Below the pieces are notes generated by a model. It worked only from the letters and a program-made list of their open reading frames with translations, had not been told where the DNA came from and did no database searches. Shown here piece after piece: positions 38,801-51,440 of a DNA stretch of 64,000 nucleotides. The position numbers and the translations under genes are program-made. The DNA comes from Saccostrea cucullata (Eukaryota). The stretch lies in the NCBI RefSeq assembly GCF_032062105.1, contig NW_026940018.1, positions 186,001-250,000 on the forward strand, in the 5' to 3' direction. Positions within the stretch are counted from its first letter, which is position 1. Every line of letters starts with the position of its first letter.

Positions 38801-40405
38801 GCATCGTTTGTTTTATGACTTCGAAAGGAAAGCCAACACCATCAGAGAATGTCAAAAAGGTAAAACAATTATGTAAAAATATCTTAACTCTGGAAATGGA
38901 GGGATAATTTTTGAAATAAATTCTTATGTGAGTGATTTCTCTTTCAGCTGCGAAGAACTTTGCCTGATTTAGCGAAACGTCATAGTGGTATTTCGCTAGT
39001 CGTCTTATTGGTAACTGATCCTAACTGCAAGGTGCTGACTGAAGAATTGTCTTATAGAAATGTTCAGATAGTACAGGTGTCCAATAGAAGAGAGGATGTG
39101 CGAGAGGCTGTTACTTCCCTCCTTGAAGAAAAGTTACTTTGCTTTATTGAAAAGATGGCAAAAACTCGCAAGAGCTTAACGATTAACAGATCTCTATTGA
39201 CTCAAAAGAATGCGATTTGTAAGAGATTAAACCGACGAAAGTATGCGACAGGTAAAAGGAAATCTGAAATGAAACCGAGTCGAGTGATCCCAAAGATGAT
39301 GAAGATGGTCTTGGATCAGTAAGTACGTTATACATTTTATATCAGAAGAATGAATGGTCATTTAACTAAACGAATTTGATTTTATTTGCCAGTATTAGAT
39401 TTTCAGGAAGTCCAGTTAAGCACATTCCCATATACTTTCAGGCACAAGCAATCCATTGTTAGATACGGCTTTTCGATGGACAAGTTTCAGATATATGTTC
39501 ATGAAAAAACTTGCCAAGAGGTTACAGAGAATATTTGGCAGGAATTGCAACAATTTCGAAAGAGTGGCGAATTTACTTGGAAAACAGAATTAATCTCCAC
39601 AACTGGAGAATGGGATGTACAACCTCATTCATTTGTTAAGCAAGGTGATGTGTGTTTCTCATACCGTGGTCAAGGAGATATTGCAAGTGATTCAGCCATG
39701 CAAAGAGGACACCATGAAGGAACTGTTGGAGGTTTTGCCAAAAGGAAGAAAGTTGGGGAAAGAGATGATCTTGTTGTTTTTAGTTGTAATCACTTATACA
39801 AGCCCAAAGAGAAAATGTATGCAAAATTTCATGTAAATGCTAGACCTCAGCTGGTTGGAGAATGTGAAAGAAATTTTTCTCCGAGAGATCTTTCTCTCGT
39901 CATTACCGAAAAAAAGCTTTATGGCAATTTTGATCAAATTTTTAGAAACCCGAACGATGATAAGGTATCGGCAAAAATTTATGAATGTGATTTAAATGAT
40001 TTGGTGGGTGAAATTGTTCATAAGAAGGGTGCAAAGACTCACTGGACGGATGGAATTGTCAAAGGTGTCCAACATTTCAATGATCAAAGTAATAACGGCT
40101 CTTTTGAAGTTCTTTTTATAAAAGGGACAAATGATAGCTTTTCACAGCCTGGGGACAGTGCTGCGTATGTTATTGTAAATGGATATGACACTGACCTTAA
40201 AACGATAAATATCATTGGAGTACTTCGTGGAAAATGGGATCCACCTCCACAGCAAAGAAATTTGGTGCTGTACAAAAGCGAAGAACCGGATGATGAAAGA
40301 GAGAAAGAAGATGATTCAGATTTAATCGTTTGTGAGGATCTTAACTCTGCCATTAACGCATTAGGTCAAGAAGGATATAGCATAACATTTCATGAAAATA
40401 TTTAA
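35858..40405 (+). CDS. Gene E: nSTAND3-like P-loop NTPase fused to a C-terminal trypsin-like serine protease (~1027 aa). Exons 35858-35896, 36606-37998, 38115-38339, 38750-38859, 38948-39251, 39393-40405
   Basis: Walker A GCRGSGKT, Walker B HVILDNAD, sensor strand FVIVT, IGFPLSC; protease motifs GTVGGF, SCNHL, DLSLV, KKGAKTHWTDG, FSQPGDSA. Junction phases are consistent; the exon 5/6 boundary is ambiguous. Confidence 0.8.
38389..38683 (-). mobile_element. tRNA-derived SINE in intron 3 of gene E
   Basis: A box TGGCGCAGTGA, B-box-like GGTTCCAATCC; body and tail shared with 19663-20010. Confidence 0.85.
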
Positions 40406-41447
40406 CTAAAGTGATATCATTTTTGATATAGTTTTAAAACTTATCAATAATGCTAAACATTTAAAATATGCATCTTCAAGTATTTAAAGTTTCTGTATTC
40501 CTTTAACATATATATGTAAATATTATGGTTTCTTCAGCAATAATCTATCTCAATTTTGTGTCGTTAATAGGTACAATTGAATTTGTATTTTCAGCTGCAC
40601 TAGTCAAAAATAAAAGCTTACATGTAAAAGCAGCATACCCATCAATCTCGTCCTATTAAACTATTTGTCCGTATTTGTGTTTGAAATTTTCAAAAAAAAA
40701 GTATTCCTTCTTTTGAAAAAAATTGTCTTTTACGTATTTTTAAAAATAATATACAGAAGACCTCTCAGGAATTTTAATTATGTTAAAGTTTTTTGAATTT
40801 GTAGGATAGTTATTGTTTTCTAAGAATATTAATTTTTTGTGAAAAGCTTTCAAAACTCTATTCTCCCTGACATGCCTGAGTCACATAGATTTTCTTAAAC
40901 TTTATGCATCACGTATGAAGTTATAAATTGTATTTCTTGTTAATTTTACATTTCTGGATTAAGAATTTTATAATGAAACAGTTCTCGTTTTACCATTGTC
41001 GCAAACTACAGCCGATATATACGACCCTGTTTAGAGATTTATTTGCAGACTGCAGACCTTGACTTGAGGCGATGCCGATTTACTAAAATTGCACGTACTT
41101 GTTTTATAATCTTTATTCGAAATATAGAATTCATATTTCATGTAAATGCGTGATCTAAAAATATCTAATATTACTTATATGTATCTTTCTATTATTCATC
41201 GTGGTAAACTCAAGTGAGTGAAAAGCATATAAAAGCCTTATTTTAAAATTAACATTATAGTTTCAACAGTACTGTATAGAAAGAAAATACAAACTCATAG
41301 TAATAGTTAATAAACATTCAAAGGTTAATTTTCAAAGAATAAATGAATTAATACGATAAAAGGCATTGCTAATTAATTGATCACCACTATTTTAAAGTTA
41401 GTATCAGTAAACGATCTACCCTTCCTTCGAAGTTGGTTTCAACGAAT

Positions 41448-44400
41448 TTAAGTTTTTGACAGTACACGATCTGCAAGGGCTCTTCGGATGATACTGCGCT
41501 CTCTTCTCATTCCACCGAAAATGGAACTATTTTCATTAACTCTTCTGGACAAATATGGAAGAACTTCATCAACAGTACCATAAGGTATTGATTTATGGAT
41601 CATATAGCCAGTCTGACCTGATGAGAAAGAAAACAAAGGGTTTTGTATCTAAGTTTCAAACATAACTTTTGACACTTTGACTTAAAATCAAGGAAGACTT
41701 TATGATCAATGCAACCTTTGTTTTTGTAATTAACATACAACAATCATTGGATGTATGAAATCTTATTAGCCTACATGTATTTCCCAAATGTCGATGAAAT
41801 TATAATTATGTTTACCCAAAGACAGGGATATGAAGTCGGACATTCCATAAGTCTGACCGAAGAAAACCTTCTGTTCCTTACTTCTTCGTGATATTCCTAA
41901 ATCTGTCATTCTGAAACACGGTTTTATTCATTAAAAAGTTTTGTATAAGCATCGAGGACACAGTGTTAGACAACTTAGGAAGTAGTTTTGGGAAACATTT
42001 CAAAATTTAATATCTGTACCGAAAGCCATATTTAGAGCGCTGTCATGGAAAACGCAACAGTTCAGCTCTTTGAATAATCAGCACTTTTACCTGGATATTG
42101 CTCTCTTAATAGTGGCTTCGTTGTGTGAAGCAATTATCGTGCTGAATTTTCCAGGATGTTTTGCGATGTTATCCAACATAATGTCCATAGAACGATAATA
42201 ATTTGCTGACGTTTTCTCGAAAGTTTCGCAAACAGGATCAGGGTAGCCTTTCTCTTTTGCCAGCGACCTTTCTTTGTGTAAATAGGCACCCCGCACAAGT
42301 TTAGCACCAAAGGATATACCATGTGCCTGCATTAATGCGATGTCTTTTGCGAGAATACTTGGAGTTTCCTGTAGTGAATAAATTGAAACAAGTTTTTTGT
42401 AATGTAGCTAATTGTATGACCTTAAATGTCAAAGAAGTTTGGAACCAAGGATATGCCATGCGCTTGAACAAATGCGGTGTTTTTCGACAGAATATCTAGA
42501 GTTTACTTTGGAGTAATCTTTGTGACAATTTCTTCACAGCAAAATATATATTTTAAGACAAAAAAGTAAAAGAAAACTGACCTTGAGGTAATTTTGGTAG
42601 GTATAAAACACAAGTGGGGCGGAACCGTTGCTGTTCATCATCATGGCCAGAGTCAATAAATTTAAACACGGGTTCAGGTAAGTGTACTCTGCATCCACCA
42701 TAACTATTACGTTTTTCTCCTTAGCAACCTTTAATTTATAAAAAAGATTGTATGAATATTGCCCTTCCTTTTAATATATTTTACATTAAGTACATTACCT
42801 CACAAATCTGTTTCATTCTGTATAACGCTTTGTTCAATTGTTGGAGTTCTACGGATTTCAAGTTACCCAGCTCTGTTATCTGCAAAAGAATGAACTTTTT
42901 CCCAAATATGTCATGTGAGAAAGTTTTCCAAACATAAATGATTTCTTTGGAATTACCTATTGGAAAAAAGCTTTTATGAGCATTTATCTCCTACCTCATT
43001 GGATGTGTTCATCGAGTTCGCAATTTTCTCCACTACATTTTGTTGAGCATTTGGACGTGGAATTTCCAATGAAATCGCTTTCTGTATTGTCATTTAGTAA
43101 AAAAGGAAAAAAAGTGTAATTTCTAGTTTACAAAAATTAAGAAAGAAAACATTGGATTTACTCCATTATAAAAAAAAGCATACATTTGAAAAATCCTGGA
43201 TAGATATTACATGTAGATACTAGTAGATATGATGAGAAAGTTTGAAAAGAAAAATTTCAATACAAACGCAAAGATCGAGAGGGAACAATCCGGACGTTTT
43301 GATGTGCATCATCGGGTTCTGGCTCCCAAGTTTTGAAGTCATTTCCAAACAATCCAGCATTATCTTCAGATTTTTGTCAAATATTTGATCAGCATCTCTG
43401 TAAAAAACGCTCCTTTATAACATGTAAAAAACAATAATTTAATCAAATCAAACTATCAAAAAACATCATCTTTAAAATAAGATTTTTTTAAAAAATATTA
43501 TAAAAACGTTATCTTGGGGGATTCATTCATAATCTTCAAAAATAAAGTCATAACTAAGCTTCAGCAATAAAACGTTTCTTGTACAGGAAGAGGAAAAAAA
43601 CTCTCATACGGTCCGTCGTCTTTCACGTCTTCCTCCAACGCCACCATGACAAATGGTCCAATTCCGGCAGCTTGCAGACAGTCTACAGTTGTCTGAAGGG
43701 ACGCCAGGTCATGGCCTCCGACAAATTGTCTGTAGAAGGTTGGGCGCATCATCATGTTGAATAAAGGTCGGCCCATTAGTCGACGACTCCATGAGAGAAT
43801 CTTAATTAAAATAAGATATGAAATTCCTAAAATTGATTTGAAAAATATGTTTCCTTGTCAAATATTTCTTTTGAAACGGATTCCTGTATTTAATATTTTC
43901 ATGAACATAATCATCAGGAATTCCATTTCTTTTTTGTAGTATTGCAGAATGGCACATGCATCATGTGCAGCATATCTGTTTTATTTAGTTCTTATGATAT
44001 CAACTATTTTTGGTATTATAAGAGCATTTGGTTTATGATTGTCAATCAGTCTCTAAATGTTAAGTCAAGGATTAACAAAGCAAAAGAAAGATGCAAGTTC
44101 CAGATCGGTTGTACTCGATACTATAAAAGATGTAGTGAATATACAAGGAAAGTTTACCACTTCTAAAGCAGTTCTTTTGAGTTAGTTCACAGAGTTTTCA
44201 GTTGGCTTTTTTCTTTGACACTCAGACGAAATTCGCCAAATGAAAAATATACATGAAATATATACATTTATAATTTTTATATAGATAAATTCAGACGCAA
44301 AGTTTTCACAATTAAAAAAAAGGCATATAAGACAATAAATGCTTAGTATTGTCAACCTTTTTATGCGGTTCATCACTTTAAAAAAAACATTTACTTACAT

Positions 44401-44767
44401 CACTTCGAAAAAAAAAAAAGATCCAAAGAACTCTGATCGATGTATAGTAAAAAATTCCAATTTTACTTCTCGATTAGGTCCTCAATTGAAAAATACATCC
44501 TCTTACCTTGTAATTGTTTTTAACGAATTTCTCAACCGAGCAAACATTGAAAATAAGCAGCGCTCTCAAAAGTTCCCAGTTTTTCTTCGATTGACAGGCT
44601 TTGACGGCATCTTCAAACTCCAGTAGTTGTTGCTGCGCAGTATTTTCTGGAACTGATGCAAGGTCCTTTCGAGGATCTGCAATTGTGTGTTGAGATTGAC
44701 AAAAAGGAAAACGCCACTTTAAATTCCCTTCTTTGAGATTTTTAAGCACCGAAATCCTACTTAGCAT
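41448..44767 (-). CDS. PRODH2: Hydroxyproline dehydrogenase-like, copy a (~479 aa). Exons 44767-44507, 43800-43610, 43397-43268, 43081-42995, 42879-42799, 42728-42582, 42368-42091, 41910-41816, 41617-41448
   Basis: Motifs VDAEYTY, TYQNYLK, KLVRGAY, ASHN, FGQTYGM, KSIPYG; basic N-terminus resembling a mitochondrial presequence; nine exons splice in frame. Confidence 0.9.
42436..42520 (-). pseudogene. Pseudo-exon: partial duplicate of PRODH2 exon 7 inside intron 6 of copy a
   Basis: Closely matches copy b at ~48509-48600; first codon GAA>TAA and a 1-nt deletion. Confidence 0.8.
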
Positions 44768-46062
44768 TGCTGAAGTTAAAAGTTTAAGTAAAAATGTATT
44801 ATGTTTATCATGCTAGTGTCAGTCTAGAGCAGATCATATTCGTGTTTCTGATACCCAGAACAAGAGCTGTATATAAATATTTTGTTTGGGACGCTTGGGT
44901 AATTTGTAATAGATCCAAATGTCATCCCATGGCCAACAATTTCAAGTATCAGCAGTAAAGTGAACTGTGAAGTAGATTTTTTTTATCCATCTTACATGAC
45001 AGATTCCTGCCACTGTAGCTGCACTTTAACTCAAGAATACTGCAGGAAAAAATAACAATTGACTCTTTCAAAAAAAGTGGTTGTTTACTGTATTTCTTTT
45101 TATAGATATAAGGTAGGTCATTATTTTCAAATATATGTATGGCTCACATATTTTTCGAAAATAAACAAAGACATGGACGACTGACATCCGCCATCCCCTT
45201 TTCCCATTTCGGGCAACGTCAAAAAATAGTGATTCTGTTGTAACTTGATTCACATTTGGGTCAAAAATGAAAATTCCTGCGGACATAAACTGTTTTGCTA
45301 TCAAATGACAGAGAAAAGATTGTGATATCTCTCAGGATATAGTCAAGTAAACTAAAAGTTTAGAACGCTGAAAAGACATTCGCTAAATATCTCAACTGTT
45401 CAAAATGGTGTCTCGCTGATGCATACAATGCTTCTTGAACGAGCATGAAAATCATTTGAAATTTGATTTTCATATTTTTACAGGTCTACAAACAGTAAGA
45501 CCATGGATAAAGATACTTCATGGTCACACAACAATTAAGGTATATCTACTCCATTTCTTTAATTAAAAAAGTTTTTTGGCAATATACAATAGACTTACAG
45601 TCCAAATAATCTCAAGAGTATAAGAACACACCAGGTGTCAAATAAAAGAAAAGGAATACACAAGGTATGCGAATAATCTGAGGTCAAAATAGGGGAAATA
45701 AACGTTTGGATATTTTTTTTTATACAAATGTGGTTTTTTTTTTAAATCTCGGTCTATTTAAAAAATGGAAAATAACAAAAAAAAAAAAAAACTATTTATT
45801 ACAAAAATGAAAATATTTTGAAGTTACAAGTAAAGGGCTTTAAAAAGGGTGATTAACAAGATCAGTTTCCAGAGTTAAATGTAATACGAATACATCTTAA
45901 TTCTCCTATGAAAGGTAGATGCATGAAAGAATTTGACAGTAAATAAAGTTAAAGATAATATTAAGATTCTTATCAATACTATTGTATTTGTTTAAAATAA
46001 ATATAAATTTGGGCCCCACTGGAAACATGAGTGGGGTAGGTACCCTGTCTTGCTTTAACTTT

Positions 46063-46152
46063 GTGGCGGGTTTGACCGGTCAACAAGGGATGCTCTCTCC
46101 TCCAAGGCACCTGATCTCACCTCTGATGCTTTTGGATGTCCGTGTTTGCTTT
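46063..46152 (+). mobile_element. Solo 3'-terminal motif of the Penelope-like element
   Basis: GGCGGGTTTGACCGGTCAACAAGGGATGCT...GGCACCTGATCTCACCTCTGATG...GTCCGTGTTTGC matches the reverse complement of 11850-11933. Confidence 0.7.
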
Positions 46153-46876
46153 CATTCCCATTTTTATTGTTTCAATAGACTTTTGAACTTGATAATTGTA
46201 TTCAATATCTACAGATTTCGTTTATCCCAAACGCATTTCTTTTTCTCCCCAACCTTCTCCCTTTTAGTACAGTTGACATCTTTGCAGCACAACATAATGG
46301 AAACGATCTTTAAAAGGGGCCAGTTCTACAAGAAGAATGAAACCACTTACTAATAATATGAAATTGACACACAATATCTGTAGCATTTACTAGAAATCCA
46401 GTTGTTTAACACAGAAAGAAGTATATTATATGTGTATAGCGAAACCTGATCTTTTCAGTTTTAATTGTTCTATTGTGTGCAATATACAGCATAATATTTA
46501 CCACTGAATATTATAAATACTTGCACTGTACAGAAATTACACACCTCTACAATTCAAAAATAATTTCTGGTATGTCTTTCTTAATTTCATGAAACTAAAG
46601 ACCCATTAACATGCCGAAAATAATCTGATGCATTTTACATCACAGTATCTAAATTGAAAATTGCAACTTGCGAACCGGGTAAATTCAATTATAGTTGCAT
46701 GCAATAGTAAATATATGCAACAACGGCTGCAAAAAGAAAGTATAAACCATTAATAATTATGTGTACTACTTTCACCTAATAAATTCGACGATATTTATGC
46801 CATTTATCGGCGGTAAAAAGAGCTTTTAATTTTGACGGAAGTTCAGAAACACTGTAAATCTCATGGTTTTGACTCT

Positions 46877-46998
46877 TTCAAGAAAAGAGTTTTCGTGCCT
46901 GATAAAATGATCAAGTCCAGGAAACCATGCATTTGATTCAAGAAAAGAGTTTTCGTGCCTGATAAAATGATCAAGTCCAGGAAACCATGCATTTGATT
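46877..46998. repeat. Perfect 60-bp tandem duplication
   Basis: Unit starts at 46877 and 46937. Confidence 0.95.
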
Positions 46999-47275
46999 AC
47001 TTAAGTATAATTATGTTGCTAAAAAAACAAACAAACAAAAAATCATTCTGGAATTTTATTTACATATAGATGTTTACAATAAATTTCAAAGGCGTGTATA
47101 ATCAAAGAATCATATAATTTAAAACATTAAAATACATTACTAAAATACACATAATACGATTTGAAATTTCAAAATATGTACATATGTAGGAGTTATCGAG
47201 GCTTGTTCATATTTTAAAATAAAATTTTAGATGATATTCAACCGTGAAAAATTTCTGTTAATGATCCCTGTACCG

Positions 47276-50200
47276 TTACTGGCGTAAATTTAACCGGTCA
47301 GCAAGGGCTCGGCGGATGATTTTGCGCTCTCGTCTGATACCACCAAATATGGAACTATTTTCACCGACTCGTCTGGACAGGTAAGGAAGAGCTTCATCGA
47401 TAGTGCCATAAGGAATGGACTTGTGAATCATATAGCCAGCCTGACCTGAAACAATGCAAGATATTTGTAATCAAACGAAAATGGTATATTAAACGTTGCA
47501 ATACAATACAAACCTTGTGTATATTTGATGAACCTTGTGGTTTATGAAAAATTTTGTGATTAATCAAAACTTACTGTAAATTAAAAGTTTTTTGGTATCA
47601 TTCACAATACTTTTGACATTAATCGCGATTTTTATCAAATAATATATGTAATATAATATTATATAATATAAAATTTTCATTACATAGCAACGTTAACAAG
47701 ACTTGTATATTATTGCAAAGGATTTTACACATCATAATTGCAATTTACCTCAAAATTACTTCAACAATATATTATTTTTCCATTTTATCTGAACAATGGA
47801 ATTAAAGACATCATAAACATTTTTAATGTTTTGTGTTGTCCACTTTTTTTTTGTTACCTAAAGATTGTGAAATAAAGTCAGACATTCCATAGAGTTGACC
47901 AAAGAAAACCTTTTGCTCTGTGCCTCTTCGAGGAATTCCCAGTTCATTCAGTCTGAAATATCATTAAAAACAAATGTAGATGTATATGTGTATCTCTGCT
48001 TGATTTGTTGTTAATTTCATCTGCCCCAATGGGATTTTAAGAGAAAACTTTGGTAACAGATAACTCCATCTTTACATTATATTCCTAGACATAAAACACA
48101 CTTGCAAAATATCCTTATTCAACCATATTCAAACAGCGTAAAGATCTGGTCAACCTTAAATGTTTCATACTATTTAATGTCTAATGAAAATATTACTGTA
48201 CCAGCATAACTCATACTTTTATGAGACCACTGCTCTTAAGCTTTACTTAATTTGTCTCTTAAAGAAAAGAATACAAATTAAATATGGGGTTCACCAACTC
48301 ACTTGGATATTCCTCTTATAATGGTATCCTCGTTGTGCGAGGCAATTATCGTGCTAAATTTTCCTGGATACTTCGCTATGTTATTCAACATAATGTCCAT
48401 TGAACGATTGTAATTTTCGGTTGTCTTTTCGAATGTTTCGCAGACAGGATCAGGGTAGCCTTTCTCCTTTGCCAGCGACCTTTCTTTGTACAGGTAAGCA
48501 CCTCGCACAAGTTTGGAACCAAAGGATACCCCATGTGCTTGAACAAATGCGATGTCTTTCGACAGAATATCTGGAGTTTCCTACAGAGTAAACTTTGTGA
48601 CATTTTCTTCAAAGAAAAAAATTATTTTGAGATACAAATTCACAATTAAGTCAACTGACCTTGAGGTAATTTTGGTAGGTATAAAATACAAGTGGAGCGG
48701 AACCATTGCTGTTCAGCATCATTGCAAGGGCTAATAAATTAAGACACGGGTTCAAATACGTGTACTCCGCATCTACCATAATGATCACTTGTTTCTCCAT
48801 AGCAACCTATGATCAAATTTTTATTATATATAGAGCTTGCATTCAATATTTTTTTTTATTTTACTTTATCATCAAAATCAGTCACGTTCAAACCACAAAG
48901 TCATGTTACCTTGCAAATCTGTTTCACCCTATGTAACGCTTTGTTCAATTGTGTGATTTCTATAGATGACAGGTTTCCCAACTGTGTTATCTGCATGAAA
49001 CGATTTTATCGTAAATAGTCCTGAATGGTCATCTATTTTACACAAAGAAGTTCATGTGTATAAGGATATTCCAGAGAATCATTAAAATTGTATAAGAGTA
49101 ATATATATTCCCACCTCTTTGGATGTGTGCATGGCATTTGCTACTTTCTCTACGAGTTCTGGTTTCTTATTGGGGTATGGTACTTCAGTCGAAATCATTC
49201 TCTGTTTTGCAATGTTTTCAAAATGAACAGGACAAAAAATACAAATCATAAATTAAGGTTTGCAAAACGTAGTTCCATTCACAAAAGTTTGTTTTAAACG
49301 TGTATCTATTTTCCACCTCATAAATACGAATAGTAAAATTTGAAACTGCCTGTGACCCGTGTCAGTGTGCTTGGGCTTATCATATTTCGTCGTTGTAGAT
49401 AATTTTTATTTATTAAAGGAAGATGAGGTTATTAAACTTTTTGAGGATAAATGTAAAATTATCATACGAACACAGAGATGGAGAGGGAACAATCCAGACG
49501 GTTTGATTTGCATCATTGGATTCTGGCTCCCAAGTTTTGACGTCATTTCTATACAGTCGACCATTATCTTCAAATTTCTGTCAAAAAGCTGATCAGCATC
49601 TCTGCAAAATAGAAAGTACATTAAATACACTGATCCCAAAATTATCAGAGAATTCAATATTTTTGTAATGAATTGAAATTTCATGAAAATAATATGCATA
49701 TCAAAATACACGAATTAAAGATCTTCATATGCAAATCATAATAATCTTAATGCAAAGTATCCATATAGTGCTTTATTTTTCGCTGAATTCCTCGCTCCTC
49801 TACTTACGGACCGTCGTCTTTAACGTCTTCTTCCAGCGTCACCATGACGAGCGGCCCCATTCCTGCCGCTTGCAGACGATCAACGGTTGCCTGGAAAGAT
49901 GTGATGTCATCGCCTCCCACAAATTGTTTATAGATTGTCGGACGCATCATCGTGTTGAATAGAGGTCTACCCATAAGACAACGGCTCCATGACAAAATCT
50001 GTAGTAAAATGTTGTGATTTTGAAACAATGACAATGATGCCCCGAATGGCAACTTATGTAGAAGGTTATTTTTCACAAAAGAGAGTCAAACTCCAAAATC
50101 AAGAGAGTATGAAAAAGGGGGGTCGTGATGGTTAACACCCAAGGAAAGAATACACATGAGATATTTGAAAGCCCTAGAACAAACTGTTCAAAAGTTAGCA

Positions 50201-51440
50201 CAAAGGTTAACTTATTTTACAAAAGTATGTCAAATTACAAGGTCCAGGTCATAGGGTCAAAATTCTTAGTATTAGATGAAGGGTCCTGTCACAAACTAGA
50301 GGTACTGTGAGCAATGAGCTCACTAAATGATACCCCCCGTCCATATGAATATCATAGCAGTGTCCATGTTTTGCTCTGGAAAAATCCAAAATATACGTCA
50401 GATTAAAAAGTAAAATAGGAGGTGCACAATGGCAATATGTAATAAAGATTCTGTGAAAGTTTCGTTAAATTTCACTCAGTAGTATAAGAGGAGTTGCGGA
50501 TAAGAGATGGGTACCCCAAAGCGTAACAGACGGACGGACAGACGGACGGACGGACGGAAATACCGATTACTATATACCCTCCCACTTTTCAAGCGGGGGG
50601 TATAATAATACATCTGTGAAACCCTTGTTACTCGACGTTCCAAAGTTATGGCCAAGGTTGAAGTTAAAATTTTGCAAAAGTGGGTCAAATTTACCAAACT
50701 TTTACCCTGGCCATAACTTTTCAATAGTTGATGCTAGGGCTTTCATACTTCACATATGTATTTTTTATAACAAAAATTTTCCATGGATTAAATATTTTTT
50801 TACCTTGACCTTTCAGTTGACCCAATTCTAAAAAAAAAAATAACCATAGAGATAACTTTTAAAGAGTTAGTACCATGACCTTCATATCTAAGAAGCATAT
50901 TTCCTGTGACAAGACCTTCCTTTGGATACCAACAAATTGCTTTTGACCTTTAGTGACGTTCAAGTTTGACCTACTTTTGAAAAACTCTAACCTTGGCCAT
51001 GACATTTGAAACTTGCTGCAAAGGTTTTAATTCAAACATTTGCCAACAGCTGTCATAGGTTCCACAAACTTGGTTTTTTTTTCGTTATCTTTACATTATG
51101 AAAGATTTAACGAGCATGTAATATAAGCTTTCTTTAGTTACATAACTTTAAAAATATGTGTTTTTAAACTTACCTTGTAATTATTTTCAACGAATTTCTC
51201 AAACGAACAGACTTTGAAAATAAGAAGGGCCCTCAATAGTTCCCAAGTCGTCTGCGACTGGCAAGCTTTCACGGCATCGTCGAAGTCCAAGGTCCCAGGA
51301 GAGACCTCTTGATATGGCAAAAGCCGACGATCTTTTTCGGGCCCGACAACGGTACCGGTATGCTGTGCTCGATAAAATGGAAAAATCCATTTTAAATTCG
51401 TCTTTCTCCAAGTTTTCAATAACGAAGTTCCTCTTTTCAT
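47276..51440 (-). CDS. PRODH2: Hydroxyproline dehydrogenase-like, copy b (~481 aa). Exons 51440-51174, 49998-49808, 49601-49472, 49201-49115, 48990-48910, 48806-48660, 48580-48303, 47952-47858, 47445-47276
   Basis: Same catalytic motifs (FGQLYGM in place of FGQTYGM) and identical lengths for exons 2-9 (191,130,87,81,147,278,95,170) as copy a. Confidence 0.9.
50294..50605. mobile_element. Short HINE/Helentron-type element nested in an older satellite relic (~50130-51050), intron 1 of PRODH2 copy b
   Basis: AACTAGAGGTACTGTGAGC start, (GGAC/AGAC)n tract, terminal hairpin TATACCCTCCC...GCGGGGGGTATA; close copy at 58267-58608. Confidence 0.85.

Noticed and set aside
41448-51440. Functional link between the PRODH2 pair and the Met-rich cluster or gene E
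   Set aside because: Only proximity supports it; eukaryotic neighbours need not be functionally coupled.
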